Positions 31,145-41,703 of a stretch of 64,000 nucleotides of DNA are shown in pieces. The notes below the pieces were generated by a model. It was not told the DNA's origin. It saw only the letters and a program-made list of their open reading frames with translations, and ran no database searches. Source of the stretch: a virus. The DNA is taken from positions 34,708-98,707 of the IMG/VR virus record IMGVR_UViG_3300023273_000760, one strand, 5' to 3'. Positions within the stretch are counted from its first letter, which is position 1. Each line of letters opens with the position of its first letter. A program made the translations under genes and the position numbers.

Positions 31145-32447
31145 AACATTTTGTCCTTTACCGTGGATACACTTAGCAACTCGTCCCAATGGCGATGTGC
31201 GTGTATGCTGTACTGCTAATGCCAGTGGCGCAGGTGTAACTGACGACAAAGAAGTTGGACTTGTAAAACGTGATGGTGTTGCAATGAACGTTCGAGATCA
31301 TACTATTGAAGAAGTATGGAACAGTGAACATATGCGTAATACTAGATTACAAATGTTAAATGGTGAAGTGCCTGCAAGTTGTCGCAAATGCTTTGAAGAA
31401 GAATCAAAAGGAATTAAAAGTAAACGTAACTGGGAAACAGAAGTTTGGAAAGAACGTATTGATGTTGACAGCATAGTAGCACAAACTAATGATGACGGAA
31501 GTTTACCTGTAAACATTCCTTATTTTGATTTACGTTTAGGTAATATGTGTAATCTTAAATGTGTGATGTGTAGCCCGCACGATAGTTCAAGTTGGATTAA
31601 AGACTGGAAGTTACAATATCCGCAATATAAAAATCCTCAACTAAAAGAAGACCAAGGGTGGAATCCTAACTTTGATTATACTTGGTATAAGAAAGGTAGT
31701 TTTCTTGACAGTATGAAAAATCAAGCACAGCATATTAAAGAGTTATATTTTGCCGGCGGTGAACCTTTAATGATTCCAGAGCATTATGATATACTTGAAT
31801 TTATGGTTGCTGAAGGCCATGCAAAAAATTGCATACTCCGATACAATTCAAATGGTACAGAAATTAATGATACAATATTAAAATTATGGACTAACTTTAA
31901 ACAGGTTAAATTTAATTTTAGCATTGATGCTATTCACGAACGTAATGATTATATAAGATATCCTAGTAAGTTTAAACAAATTGAACAAAACTTAAAACTA
32001 TTAGACGATACTCCGGATAATATTATAATTAATATTGCTTGTGCAGTACAAGCATTGAACGTACATCATATTGTAGATTTAGCAGAATGGAAACTACAAC
32101 AAAATTTTAAAAAGATTAATAAAGCACCATTCGGCGCAGGAATAATAGGATTACATTTAGTTTACTTACCTAGTTATATGAACGTTAGAGTATTGCCCAA
32201 AGAGATTAAAGAGAAAGTATCTGCAAAGATAACTAACTTTGCAACACATTTTTTACGTGACTTTGAGTTTAATACAAACCCTTATGGTAAAGAACGTTGG
32301 TTAGGACTTGTTAATTATATGAATGCAGAAGATTGGAGCCACAAACTTCCTGCATTACAAGAGTATTTAAAAATTAGTGATAAAACTAGGGAACAAGACT
32401 TTGTTAGTGTGTTTCCTGAATTGGAGATAGTATATGGACCAAACTGA
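31116..32447 (+). CDS. Radical SAM protein with N-terminal twitch/SPASM-like domain
   Basis: FCPLPW..VRVCC..CRKC, then CNLKCVMC and AGGEP. Confidence 0.9.
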   Translation: MTDSKNNSTKTFCPLPWIHLATRPNGDVRVCCTANASGAGVTDDKEVGLVKRDGVAMNVRDHTIEEVWNSEHMRNTRLQMLNGEVPASCRKCFEEESKGIKSKRNWETEVWKERIDVDSIVAQTNDDGSLPVNIPYFDLRLGNMCNLKCVMCSPHDSSSWIKDWKLQYPQYKNPQLKEDQGWNPNFDYTWYKKGSFLDSMKNQAQHIKELYFAGGEPLMIPEHYDILEFMVAEGHAKNCILRYNSNGTEINDTILKLWTNFKQVKFNFSIDAIHERNDYIRYPSKFKQIEQNLKLLDDTPDNIIINIACAVQALNVHHIVDLAEWKLQQNFKKINKAPFGAGIIGLHLVYLPSYMNVRVLPKEIKEKVSAKITNFATHFLRDFEFNTNPYGKERWLGLVNYMNAEDWSHKLPALQEYLKISDKTREQDFVSVFPELEIVYGPN

Positions 32448-33090
32448 AATTGAAAGAGCATTGCGTTGGCAAAGCCTAGTCAACTTGGGTCATCAAGTTA
32501 AACTTAAATGGCATATCAATCATCACGCTGTTGAACAACAACTAGAGCAGTTTAAAGATAACTGGTGTCCTTATAATGCTAAGAAAGATACACATAACAA
32601 TAGATGGGGATTACCAGTAACTAGTCACACAGGCGATGTTATGGACAATTACCATTTGAATAGTTTTGGACATATGCAAAAATATCATGATGTTGAAATG
32701 AAGGAAGAAAACTTTAACACTCCTACAGAAGTATATCATAAGATCCCCGAACTTAAAAAAATAGTAGATATATTCTCACCCGACATTGGGCGTGTACATT
32801 TATTACGTATAGATCAAGGCGGATTCTTCCCACCACATAGAGATTTTCACGGAACTAGTCCAGAATACTTTAGACTGTTAGTTGTGTTTGGAAGATGTAG
32901 TCCTGAAAACTATGTACAGATGTTAGACGGTAAACCTTTGTACCCAGAAGCAGGATATGTGTACTTTACAAACTTTCAACTAGATCACAGTGTGTTTAGT
33001 TTTAGCGATAACTTGTATAGTCTTATTTTGACAGTAAAACTAAACGAGCGCACACAGAAACTTATACTAGATAACACAATGGCAGAATGA
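32434..33090 (+). CDS. Asp/Asn beta-hydroxylase-like Fe/2OG dioxygenase
   Basis: GGFFPPHRD...G.VYF.N...HSV. Confidence 0.7.
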   Translation: MDQTEIERALRWQSLVNLGHQVKLKWHINHHAVEQQLEQFKDNWCPYNAKKDTHNNRWGLPVTSHTGDVMDNYHLNSFGHMQKYHDVEMKEENFNTPTEVYHKIPELKKIVDIFSPDIGRVHLLRIDQGGFFPPHRDFHGTSPEYFRLLVVFGRCSPENYVQMLDGKPLYPEAGYVYFTNFQLDHSVFSFSDNLYSLILTVKLNERTQKLILDNTMAE

Positions 33091-33992
33091 AATTAACTTA
33101 CCAAGACATAGCAAAAGAAAACTGGTTCCTTGTTAGTTGGACATTAAGTAACAAGTGTAACTATCGCTGTTCCTATTGTCCTGATCATCTACATAACGGT
33201 AGTACAGGTCAACCTCAATGGGAAACAGTAAAACGATTTGTTGAAAATTTTAAAGTTACAGGTAAAAATATTTGTTATAGATTAAGTGGCGGTGAACCTA
33301 CACATTGGAAACATTTTTTAGATCTTGCTAAATTGATAAAAAACCAAGGACACACTTTTAGTTTTTTAACTAACGGTAGTAAAAGTGTAGATTATTATAA
33401 AATAATTTCACAATATACAGATGGATATATTATTTCATATCATCCTGAATACGCAGATCTAGAACATATTAAAAAAGTAATACAAAAAAGTTACTGTCCT
33501 GTATTTGTTAATCTAATGTTGGCCCCTGAGAACTTTGATGAAATGTTTAACATTGCAGAAGAAATTTATTTAAGTAGTGATAATGTTAGCGTATGGCCTA
33601 AAATTATTTTAGATAAATCTAATATAGATGCAATTACAAATACTCCAGCAAAATATACACAGGAACAATTAGATACAATTAAAAATTGGCCTTTCTTTAG
33701 TCAACTTCCAGATACACATTTACATAGAGGCGAATTATTTTTAGATGAACAACCAGTTACTGCAAATGATTTAATAGCCAATGATCAAAATAAATTTTAT
33801 GGTTGGAAATGTTGGGCCGGACTACATATGATTAATGTTGATATGTGGGGTAACATATATAGAGCAGATTGTAAAGAAGGCGGCGCATTAGGAAACATTG
33901 AGCGTTATAAGTTACCAACTGAAACAGTACAATGCGGTAAACAAGTATGTGCTTGTTTAAGCGATATCTATTTAAGAAAAGAGAGTGTCTAG
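33087..33992 (+). CDS. Radical SAM protein (paralogue of 28579)
   Basis: CNYRCSYC, SGGEPT, FYGWKCWAG, CGKQVCAC. Confidence 0.9.
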   Translation: MKLTYQDIAKENWFLVSWTLSNKCNYRCSYCPDHLHNGSTGQPQWETVKRFVENFKVTGKNICYRLSGGEPTHWKHFLDLAKLIKNQGHTFSFLTNGSKSVDYYKIISQYTDGYIISYHPEYADLEHIKKVIQKSYCPVFVNLMLAPENFDEMFNIAEEIYLSSDNVSVWPKIILDKSNIDAITNTPAKYTQEQLDTIKNWPFFSQLPDTHLHRGELFLDEQPVTANDLIANDQNKFYGWKCWAGLHMINVDMWGNIYRADCKEGGALGNIERYKLPTETVQCGKQVCACLSDIYLRKESV

Positions 33993-35057
33993 TTCAGGAC
34001 AAACATCTAGTACGTTTGTACCTCTCAACTTATCAAGTTCTACAGTAAATTCAATAAACTTTTCTAAGTTATTAGGATCATAGTTTTCTGTATATTCAGT
34101 CTTATCTAAAATAAACGTTGGAAGAATTGTTGGATTAAGATATGCAGGCGTTGTAACTACGTTGTTAAGATATAATTCATAATTGTCTTTGCGTACATTT
34201 TCAAACCAACTTCGAATTTCATCTAAGTGACAAACATTATAAGTCATTACAGTTCCAGCAAAAATAACACGATCCATTTTATCAAAGTGTTTTAGATTTT
34301 CTTCAAATTGCTCAAATGTAAAGTTATTACCGCCTCGAATGTACTCGTATAATTTACCTACACCTTCAATACTAATGTGCCATTTAGTTTCTTTAAACTG
34401 TTGTGCAAGTTCGTCAAACTCTAAATCAACAATAGTACCGTTTGTACTAATATCAAGTGTAATATTTTTAGAAAGATCTAATTCGATTAGTTTTTGCATT
34501 ATTTGTTTGTTTGCCGGTTCCATATAAGGTTCGCCGCCTTTAATATTAACATACTGCAAGTTCTTAAAATATTCTGGATATTCAAATAATCTATCAACGA
34601 TATCCGGCGATAGATTTCTATAACCAAAATCTGGCTCATGTATAGGACGTTGAATTCCTAATGAATCAAGTTTAAGATCCTCTTTGATCCAAGCAGTTGA
34701 GTTTACCCCACTACACATACGACATTTTAAATTACAAACATTACTCATATTAAATTCTAAAAAGTAAATGTCATTCTTACCTTTGCTTTCTGGTTTAAGC
34801 ATAGGATTTAATACTTGTTCAAAAAACTTACGCCTGCTATGTCCGTTGGTACTTTCTTTTGCCGTACATTGTAAACAGTTGCTAGGAAACTCTCCGGTTG
34901 CAATTATTTGTTGTGTTAATATTAATCCAGGATGACGAAGTATTGTTGGCAAATCATCTTTAAGTAAATTTCCGTGACGACCTGTGTAAACACAATCAGG
35001 TACAACGTCACCGTTGAAACGTATACTTAAGGCGTGCCAAGGAGCGTAACAGTTCAT
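33972..35057 (-). CDS. Radical SAM protein with N-terminal Cys domain
   Basis: CYAPW..PDC..CLQC; CNLKCRMC; KGGEP. Confidence 0.9.
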   Translation of the reverse strand: MNCYAPWHALSIRFNGDVVPDCVYTGRHGNLLKDDLPTILRHPGLILTQQIIATGEFPSNCLQCTAKESTNGHSRRKFFEQVLNPMLKPESKGKNDIYFLEFNMSNVCNLKCRMCSGVNSTAWIKEDLKLDSLGIQRPIHEPDFGYRNLSPDIVDRLFEYPEYFKNLQYVNIKGGEPYMEPANKQIMQKLIELDLSKNITLDISTNGTIVDLEFDELAQQFKETKWHISIEGVGKLYEYIRGGNNFTFEQFEENLKHFDKMDRVIFAGTVMTYNVCHLDEIRSWFENVRKDNYELYLNNVVTTPAYLNPTILPTFILDKTEYTENYDPNNLEKFIEFTVELDKLRGTNVLDVCPELDTLFS

Positions 35058-36190
35058 AGTACAGCCACCGTTTCTATGTCCAACCAATCGTTAACAGTAA
35101 CTAGTGTTGAACTATCATCGTGTGTATTATAAACGATTGTGTGTATTTTGTCTTTGTAAATTACAGGACGCCCAAACATTAAATTATCTGGATATGTTTT
35201 TGAAATCCATATTCCGTTAGGGTCTACTTTATATAAAGAACATCCAGGAGTTCCTGCTGGTAAGAAATAAGCATAGCCTTTAAAAGCAATACCGCTACGA
35301 TATCTAAACTTACCACCGTAAGTTTCTTTTATACTAAATTGAAAACTTTCTTTAGTAACAGTATTAAACACTACACCTTTATTACTTTCTCCATGTTCTG
35401 TTCCGTATGGTAATCCAATAATAACATCGTCAACTAGTACTTGTGCATTATATTTTTTAGCAAAGTCGTCAACATTTAATTTATGTAGTTGGCATTCTTT
35501 TGTTTTTGTATCAAACTCAATTACTTCGTTTAGTCCTGGAGTTTCTCCGAACGGTAAACTAAAAAGTTTATCGCCTACAACAACAGCATCGGTATACTTG
35601 CGTGATACTTCTGGTAAGTCTAGTTTGTGCTTAATTACTTTCTTGCCATTAAACTCTAGTATATTTGAATAGTGAACACTTTCACCTCTTGGCATACTGT
35701 AATAACTTCCGTTACAATACACGGTACCCATATGTGCTTTCTTTTCGTTTGTATCTACTTCAACGGTTTTAACTTTATTGTCTTTGATATAAATTAAGAA
35801 TTGTGTATCTTCGTAGCCTAGAGGAAAACTACAAGCAGTGTTACCGTGACTAGCAACACTATAGAATTGTCCCTTACCTGTTTTATCTAGTGTATGGTAT
35901 ATTGGCTTTTTATCTTTTAGTTGTACAACAACATTTAGGTCATCGTAAATGCCATATGGAATAAGCCATACGCTGTCGTCAGTAACTCCTACAGCATTAA
36001 ATTTACTAGTTGCAGGTGGCACGTTATCTAAAGGAATAAGAGTAGTGTGGTTTTTATGGAAAGCACACATATCATAATCTTCATTGTTCTTAGTACCAAA
36101 CGGCGGACTAATTAGTTCGTCTTTGTTTACTTCTAATACAAGATGTCTAATACGTGCTTCTTTATAAAAATCTTCAAATGCTTTATACAT
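35054..36190 (-). CDS. Beta-propeller repeat protein
   Basis: Recurrent hydrophobic-P(Y/F/R)G blades (LIPYG, SFPLG, SMPRG, SLPFG, GLPYG, FLPAG). Confidence 0.6.
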   Translation of the reverse strand: MYKAFEDFYKEARIRHLVLEVNKDELISPPFGTKNNEDYDMCAFHKNHTTLIPLDNVPPATSKFNAVGVTDDSVWLIPYGIYDDLNVVVQLKDKKPIYHTLDKTGKGQFYSVASHGNTACSFPLGYEDTQFLIYIKDNKVKTVEVDTNEKKAHMGTVYCNGSYYSMPRGESVHYSNILEFNGKKVIKHKLDLPEVSRKYTDAVVVGDKLFSLPFGETPGLNEVIEFDTKTKECQLHKLNVDDFAKKYNAQVLVDDVIIGLPYGTEHGESNKGVVFNTVTKESFQFSIKETYGGKFRYRSGIAFKGYAYFLPAGTPGCSLYKVDPNGIWISKTYPDNLMFGRPVIYKDKIHTIVYNTHDDSSTLVTVNDWLDIETVAVL

Positions 36191-37406
36191 TGTTTAAATC
36201 TATTGTGTTTAATACAGTGCCGGATATTGTATCAAAAATTAATACTGTTTGAAATGTTTCACTTTCACCGTATGGAAATGCAAAAATTGTGTCTTGTACC
36301 ATTACACAATCATTATACTTTTCTATAGTTGTACTGTCTTTAAAATGATCACCGATATCTATAGTATATGTACTATCGTCTTTTGTATCAATAACCAATA
36401 CTTCTGCTAAATCGCCCTGGCTCTTCCAAGTATCTTCAGGTTCACAAACACAACCGCCTCTTGGAATATAATAAATTTTCCCTTGACTATTTTCTAACCC
36501 AGTAAAATATTTTTTACTTTCTTTTCCTATGTCTAAATTTTTAATATACCAATCATCTGTAACACTGTTGATCACCAGCATCTCACTCCAGTCTTCATCG
36601 TGACCTGCTGGAGGAAAATAAACTTTTCCGTTTTTTGCAACAGTATGTGAGTAGTATTTTCTACTAGTTTGTTGTTGTTTTGTTTTTACACCTTGCCAAC
36701 CTTTTCCGTCAAACTTTGCTAGAATGTCAAACACAGGACTTTCGCTATATGGTGGTGCATATAATTTGTTACCCACTTTTGCTAGTGTGGTAAACTTTTT
36801 ATTACAGGTTCGATCCTCATCGTAGTCTACCCACCAAGAACTCATATCAATTAATTTATAACTGCTATTAAAACAATCATACTCTAATCTATAAGGAAAG
36901 AATGTGTCGTGATTTTCACCTCGGGGCATTCCGTAAATAATACCATCTACCATTTGTGTAGTGTGCCACATTTTAGTATCAGTAACAGGAATGTCTAAAC
37001 TCATCATTTTAAAGTTATGCGATTTCATATTGAAGTCTAGTACATAGGTAAACGGTTCGTGTTCCCCGTAAGGAATAGCAATAATTCTATCACCGTAAAC
37101 GTGTCCTTGTACATACTTGCCTCGTCCTTTTATTCTTAAATCAATATAATCAACACTGTCGTCTTTTGTGTCTACAATTAGTATACGGCTTTCGTTGTAG
37201 GGCAAGAAATATATTTTGTCACGGTGTACAATACCTTTTTGCCACTTTTCTGTAGAGTTATCTACGTCTAATTTAATCTTCTCTATGCGATATGTTTTCG
37301 GATCCATCTTGAGCATATAATCAAGAGATTCTGTAAGTCCGTAAGGAGGAACATAAATCATTCCATTGCTACCTACTGTAGCATAACTAAATGCTTGCGG
37401 TGTCAA
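36183..37406 (-). CDS. Beta-propeller repeat protein (paralogue)
   Basis: About 8 repeats (NGMIYVPPYG, KIYFLPY, IIAIPYG, IYGMPRG, LYAPPY, NGKVYFPPAG, KIYYIPRG, IFAFPYG); TTG start after GGAG. Confidence 0.65.
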   Translation of the reverse strand: MTPQAFSYATVGSNGMIYVPPYGLTESLDYMLKMDPKTYRIEKIKLDVDNSTEKWQKGIVHRDKIYFLPYNESRILIVDTKDDSVDYIDLRIKGRGKYVQGHVYGDRIIAIPYGEHEPFTYVLDFNMKSHNFKMMSLDIPVTDTKMWHTTQMVDGIIYGMPRGENHDTFFPYRLEYDCFNSSYKLIDMSSWWVDYDEDRTCNKKFTTLAKVGNKLYAPPYSESPVFDILAKFDGKGWQGVKTKQQQTSRKYYSHTVAKNGKVYFPPAGHDEDWSEMLVINSVTDDWYIKNLDIGKESKKYFTGLENSQGKIYYIPRGGCVCEPEDTWKSQGDLAEVLVIDTKDDSTYTIDIGDHFKDSTTIEKYNDCVMVQDTIFAFPYGESETFQTVLIFDTISGTVLNTIDLNNV

Positions 37407-37842
37407 ACTTATCTCCAAAGGCACTTTTTAAATCACTTTTTAGTTTTGTTAATACTTCTTTAGGATTATAAATGCCAACGTTATCCCAATCAACCATATA
37501 CATATTATCTCCGTCGATTATAATATTACTTAGCACCCAATCTCCATGTGCATACGGTTCAGTTTCTTTTATATTACTAACACAAAAATTATAAATTTTA
37601 TCTATAAATTCTGGAGTATGTTCAAACGTATTTGCAGGAGTGCCTGGAATAATATTAAAGCAAATATACATACTACTATCTTCAATGCCGTGCGATTGTA
37701 CATAACCGGGCATTATATTATTTAGAACATCGACGTGCCATTCTAACCATTCCTCGTCAATGTAGTGCCAAACTTTTTTATAACAGTTGTTAAGTTTATA
37801 AACCCTACGTGCTTTTTCTTTGTTTACTTTAACTAATTCCAT
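37387..37842 (-). CDS. Small APH/choline-kinase-like phosphotransferase
   Basis: HGDWVLSN (Brenner motif) and VDWD metal-binding motif. Confidence 0.7.
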   Translation of the reverse strand: MELVKVNKEKARRVYKLNNCYKKVWHYIDEEWLEWHVDVLNNIMPGYVQSHGIEDSSMYICFNIIPGTPANTFEHTPEFIDKIYNFCVSNIKETEPYAHGDWVLSNIIIDGDNMYMVDWDNVGIYNPKEVLTKLKSDLKSAFGDKFDTASI

Positions 37843-38863
37843 ATGCTTGTGCTACTTCTGGTAAGTAGTCCTTAATATTTACACGTCTAAAGTTATCTAG
37901 TTTTGTAATTTCTTCAACAAAAATTCTTTGTTGATTTGTATCAGCAGGTTCACTAAACCAGTTTGTGTTAATTTTAAATTGTTCTTTTAAACTATCTGGA
38001 GCATTTTTAACGTGTAACCAATCGGGTTGAGAAAGGTAATTTTCCCAGACCTGCAAATTGTGTTTATCACTCCATTCTAATAATTCGTTATGGTATGCAC
38101 TGTTCAGTATACTTAAACACGGAGCAATATCTGTCTTATACATATCTTTATAACGCAATGTATTTTCTTCTACAGTTTTCCAATCTGCGCCGTACCTAAT
38201 GTATTCAATTCTTTTCCCTACAGAGTCCATACTTACACTCATTATAACACGATTAAAGCGTTTGAGCAAGTTGTGTACACGAGGATTAAATAAACTTCCG
38301 TTTGTATTAAACCGTATAGTAACACTTGAGTCTAGTCTTTCTAAAAACTGTGGCAAGTGTTTAACCATCATAGGTTCGCCTCCTGTCAGGTAAACTTCTT
38401 TTAATGGCAAGTTTTCAAAGTAGTGTAAAAATTTTTCATCATACCAGTTGTAATTTTTTACATCTAGTACAGTATGATATGGATTTAAGTTTTGTCTAGC
38501 CATTTCTGCGGCTTCTTCTGCAATGCTACTACTTGCACCACTATGACAACTTATACATTTAAAATTACAACTATTACCAAAACGTAAATCTAAGTGTGTT
38601 ATATCAGGACCGTAAAAGTCCTTTTGTTGACGTCTGCTAGGTATTCCTGCTTCTTCATGTTTCTTGCAAGTAATACAAGCATCAGGCCATTCGTCTTTTG
38701 CTAGAAGTTCTTTAGCATTTATAACAGGTTGACTGTTAAGCCATTGTTGCGGAGTATGTGTATGCACAGTTTCTACATTATCAGGCTCGTTACTAGTACA
38801 GCATAATCGATACTGTCCGTTTGCCGCAATGTATACGTGACTTTCTAAAAGTTTACATCTCAT
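37829..38863 (-). CDS. Radical SAM protein with N-terminal Cys domain
   Basis: C...YRLCC..CITC; CNFKCISC; TGGEP. Confidence 0.9.
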   Translation of the reverse strand: MRCKLLESHVYIAANGQYRLCCTSNEPDNVETVHTHTPQQWLNSQPVINAKELLAKDEWPDACITCKKHEEAGIPSRRQQKDFYGPDITHLDLRFGNSCNFKCISCHSGASSSIAEEAAEMARQNLNPYHTVLDVKNYNWYDEKFLHYFENLPLKEVYLTGGEPMMVKHLPQFLERLDSSVTIRFNTNGSLFNPRVHNLLKRFNRVIMSVSMDSVGKRIEYIRYGADWKTVEENTLRYKDMYKTDIAPCLSILNSAYHNELLEWSDKHNLQVWENYLSQPDWLHVKNAPDSLKEQFKINTNWFSEPADTNQQRIFVEEITKLDNFRRVNIKDYLPEVAQAYGIS

Positions 38864-39723
38864 AGCATATGAGCCTTATGCATTAAATCATGTACATTAT
38901 CTGTAACTTCTGTTAATTCAACACTTACAATATTTTTATATTTGCTTAACATTCTTGTCCAAGAGTCTCTGTTTAAATTATATACATTGTTCCAATCTAA
39001 TGGCATAACTAATTTTCCAACAACAATGTATCCTAACGCCATATCTAATGTAATTGGCTTATCTGTATTTTTCTTATACCAATCAACAAAATGTTTTGTA
39101 ACTGTAAACGGAGTATCGTATGCAGAACGATATAACATATATCCCTCGCAATTAATATGTTGTTGGGTAACTACTTCGTTAATCCTATCACCTTCGCCTC
39201 TGCCACAAATTTCTAACCAATGTTTACCTAGTGTATTGTAACCCATACACAGGTCTCCAAAGTTTCTGTCCATTCTAAAGTATAATAGATCTTCGTTTTC
39301 AATTGGCAACGTAGTAGCGCCTTCAAATCTAAAAAAACTATTAAGACGGGGCGAGTCTTGATTACTTAAAAATTGTTCATAAACGTGTATTAATCTATTT
39401 AACCTATCGTAATCTTCTGAATGATTTTTATTTTCTATAAGTTTGTGTAATTCGCTTAGAGAAGCATTTGGATCAATATTTAAATTAGTTGTAATATTTA
39501 CAATTTCTTGCTTTAATTCTTCTTCATCTTTTGTATCTAATACAAAACTTGTTTCCTGTACTAGTGGTTTATTAATATTTTGTTGTAACAAATACAAAAA
39601 TTTGTTTGCTGGGTGATGATCGTATAGCACATATGTTAATGGTAATAACTTCTCGCCGTTAGAATATGTTACGGTAATACCAGGCTTATTACAATATATT
39701 TTTTCAGGCAATAAATATTCCAT
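38860..39723 (-). CDS. Hypothetical protein
   Basis: ORF; likely start MEYLLP at 39723 because the upstream part overlaps the + strand rSAM gene. Confidence 0.55.
   Translation of the reverse strand: MEYLLPEKIYCNKPGITVTYSNGEKLLPLTYVLYDHHPANKFLYLLQQNINKPLVQETSFVLDTKDEEELKQEIVNITTNLNIDPNASLSELHKLIENKNHSEDYDRLNRLIHVYEQFLSNQDSPRLNSFFRFEGATTLPIENEDLLYFRMDRNFGDLCMGYNTLGKHWLEICGRGEGDRINEVVTQQHINCEGYMLYRSAYDTPFTVTKHFVDWYKKNTDKPITLDMALGYIVVGKLVMPLDWNNVYNLNRDSWTRMLSKYKNIVSVELTEVTDNVHDLMHKAHML
39711..39717 (+). promoter_or_regulatory. Late-type box ATAAATA, 6 nt before ATG 39724
   Basis: ATAAATAttccatATG, lying within the opposite-strand gene. Confidence 0.5.
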
Positions 39724-40695
39724 ATGCAAATAGTTTCTCTTACAAACCACCATCCAAAAAATCGAGTTGATATCAACTTTCAAATGGGTAACACTTGTAA
39801 TTATGCCTGTTGGTACTGTTTCCCTGGCAGTCATGAAGGCACATATCGCTGGCCTGATCTGGATTTAGCAACTAAAAATTTAGAACATATTATTAACTGC
39901 TATAAAGAAATTGGTAAAACAGAATTTCAAATAGACCTAATTGGCGGGGAACCTACACTATGGCCAGAGTTAATTAAATTTACACAACACTTTCGTAACC
40001 TTGGATGTACGTTTCATTTGAGTACAAACGGTAGCAGAACTTTATCATGGTGGGAGAAAAATGGCGGTGAGTTTGACACTGTTTACATTAGTTGTCATCA
40101 CGAACGTATTGATGTAGAACACGTTAGTAAATTAGCAGATATGTTATGGAGCAAACATAACAATGTTATTTGTGATGTGCTTATGGATACAAAGGATTGG
40201 GATACTTGTGTAACTATTGTAGATAGATTGTTAGAAAGTGAAACAAGTTTTCCTGTAAATGTTAAACCTATTAAATTAGGAAATACAACACAAGACACAA
40301 CATATGAACAGTCGCAGTATCTACTAAACCAACGTAAAAGAAATCCTAAGCAAGACGAAATTTTTAAACCTAAGAAATCTAAACCTCCAGTGTTATTAAC
40401 ATATGAAGATGGTAGTACACAAGAAGTATCAAAAAACTATGTTCTAATAAACAATTTAAATAACTTTAAAGGTTGGAGTTGTAATTTAGGAGTAGACACT
40501 GTGTTTATAAACTTTGACGGAAGTATAGGCAGTGTGTGCGGAAATAATATTTTAGGATTTAAATCTGGAGAGTATAATTTATATGATCCTAAACTAGCAG
40601 AAAAATTTAAGCCTATTATAAAACCGGTTACTTGTGAAAAAGAAAAGTGTATGTGTCAAGTAGGATTTTTACTTCCTAAACACCGCAAGTTTTAG
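39724..40695 (+). CDS. Radical SAM protein (paralogue of 28579/33087)
   Basis: CNYACWYC, IGGEPT, FKGWSCNLG, CEKEKCMC. Confidence 0.9.
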   Translation: MQIVSLTNHHPKNRVDINFQMGNTCNYACWYCFPGSHEGTYRWPDLDLATKNLEHIINCYKEIGKTEFQIDLIGGEPTLWPELIKFTQHFRNLGCTFHLSTNGSRTLSWWEKNGGEFDTVYISCHHERIDVEHVSKLADMLWSKHNNVICDVLMDTKDWDTCVTIVDRLLESETSFPVNVKPIKLGNTTQDTTYEQSQYLLNQRKRNPKQDEIFKPKKSKPPVLLTYEDGSTQEVSKNYVLINNLNNFKGWSCNLGVDTVFINFDGSIGSVCGNNILGFKSGEYNLYDPKLAEKFKPIIKPVTCEKEKCMCQVGFLLPKHRKF

Positions 40696-41671
40696 AACAG
40701 ATATCATATCTATTTTCGTTATTCCAACTTTCAGGCAAATACTTATTAAACCATTCACTGTTTAGTATTTCTTCTAAACTATAATCGTTTACACTTAACC
40801 AATCAATACTTGCTACATCTACAGCATAAGGACTGTCTGGGTTACGAGGATATCTATCACTTAAAAAATAACAGCAAGGAAATACTTCGCCCATGTGACT
40901 AATTTGTATTTTACGTTTTGTTTGCCATTTGCATTTAATAGTTGTTTTAGAAAAGTCTGTAATATTTTTAATACGTTCTACATTGTCAAGGTGTTTTGAA
41001 TCGTATTTTATTTTACGTGCAGATTCTTTTTTGTTTGCTTTAAAACTTTCTATTGCTTTATTAGTCAAACTATTAATAGCACTAAAAGTATGTCCGCCAT
41101 TAATTTCAAAGCGTTTAAACCCCATATCAATACTTAATTGTTCACACTGTTCAATTTGATGTGCATTGTGTTCAAACACTAGCATACGCCAACGTGCCAT
41201 ACCACCTGCTTTAATAAATGTACTAGCATTAGACATTACTTTATCCCATATTACGCCTCTGCGATATAAATGGTTTGTATCTTCGAGTCCGTCTATACTA
41301 AATGTAACATGACTGCCAAACGGAAACGGTTGTAGTACATTTGCTAATTCTGCCCATTGTGTTCCTAATCCTCCGTTTGTGTGTATAACAACTACGGGCG
41401 GATTTTTATAACCTGCTAGGTGTTCTAGTGCCGGAATTAAATTTGGATTAAAAATTGGATCACCGTAACTACCGTTAAAGATAACTTCTTTAATTTTCAG
41501 GTCTGGAGTGAAGATATTGCGCCAAGTATCTAAAGTCATATGCTCTAAAGGCATACGTGGATTTACTGTAACACCTCCCAAATTTCTACTGCAATTTCCG
41601 CACATTGAATTACAATGACTTGTGAAATCTATTACAATCGTATCTACATCGTCTGGGTGCAAGTAAGGCAT
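40676..41671 (-). CDS. Radical SAM/SPASM-like protein (paralogue of 30158)
   Basis: CNSMCGNCSRN, GSYGDP, FSIDGL, VFPCC, CSKTC. Confidence 0.9.
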   Translation of the reverse strand: MPYLHPDDVDTIVIDFTSHCNSMCGNCSRNLGGVTVNPRMPLEHMTLDTWRNIFTPDLKIKEVIFNGSYGDPIFNPNLIPALEHLAGYKNPPVVVIHTNGGLGTQWAELANVLQPFPFGSHVTFSIDGLEDTNHLYRRGVIWDKVMSNASTFIKAGGMARWRMLVFEHNAHQIEQCEQLSIDMGFKRFEINGGHTFSAINSLTNKAIESFKANKKESARKIKYDSKHLDNVERIKNITDFSKTTIKCKWQTKRKIQISHMGEVFPCCYFLSDRYPRNPDSPYAVDVASIDWLSVNDYSLEEILNSEWFNKYLPESWNNENRYDICSKTCGV

Positions 41672-41676
41672 AAGTA

Positions 41677-41684
41677 TATTTATA
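41677..41684 (-). promoter_or_regulatory. T4 late promoter consensus TATAAATA, 5 nt before ATG
   Basis: Minus strand TATAAATAtacttATG. Confidence 0.65.
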
Positions 41685-41703
41685 GATAACTGCGTACTTA
41701 ATT

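Noticed and set aside
39724-39834. N-terminal extension of ORF 38860..39834
   Set aside because: It overlaps the CxxxCxxC-coding region of the + strand rSAM gene; the ATG at 39723 is more plausible
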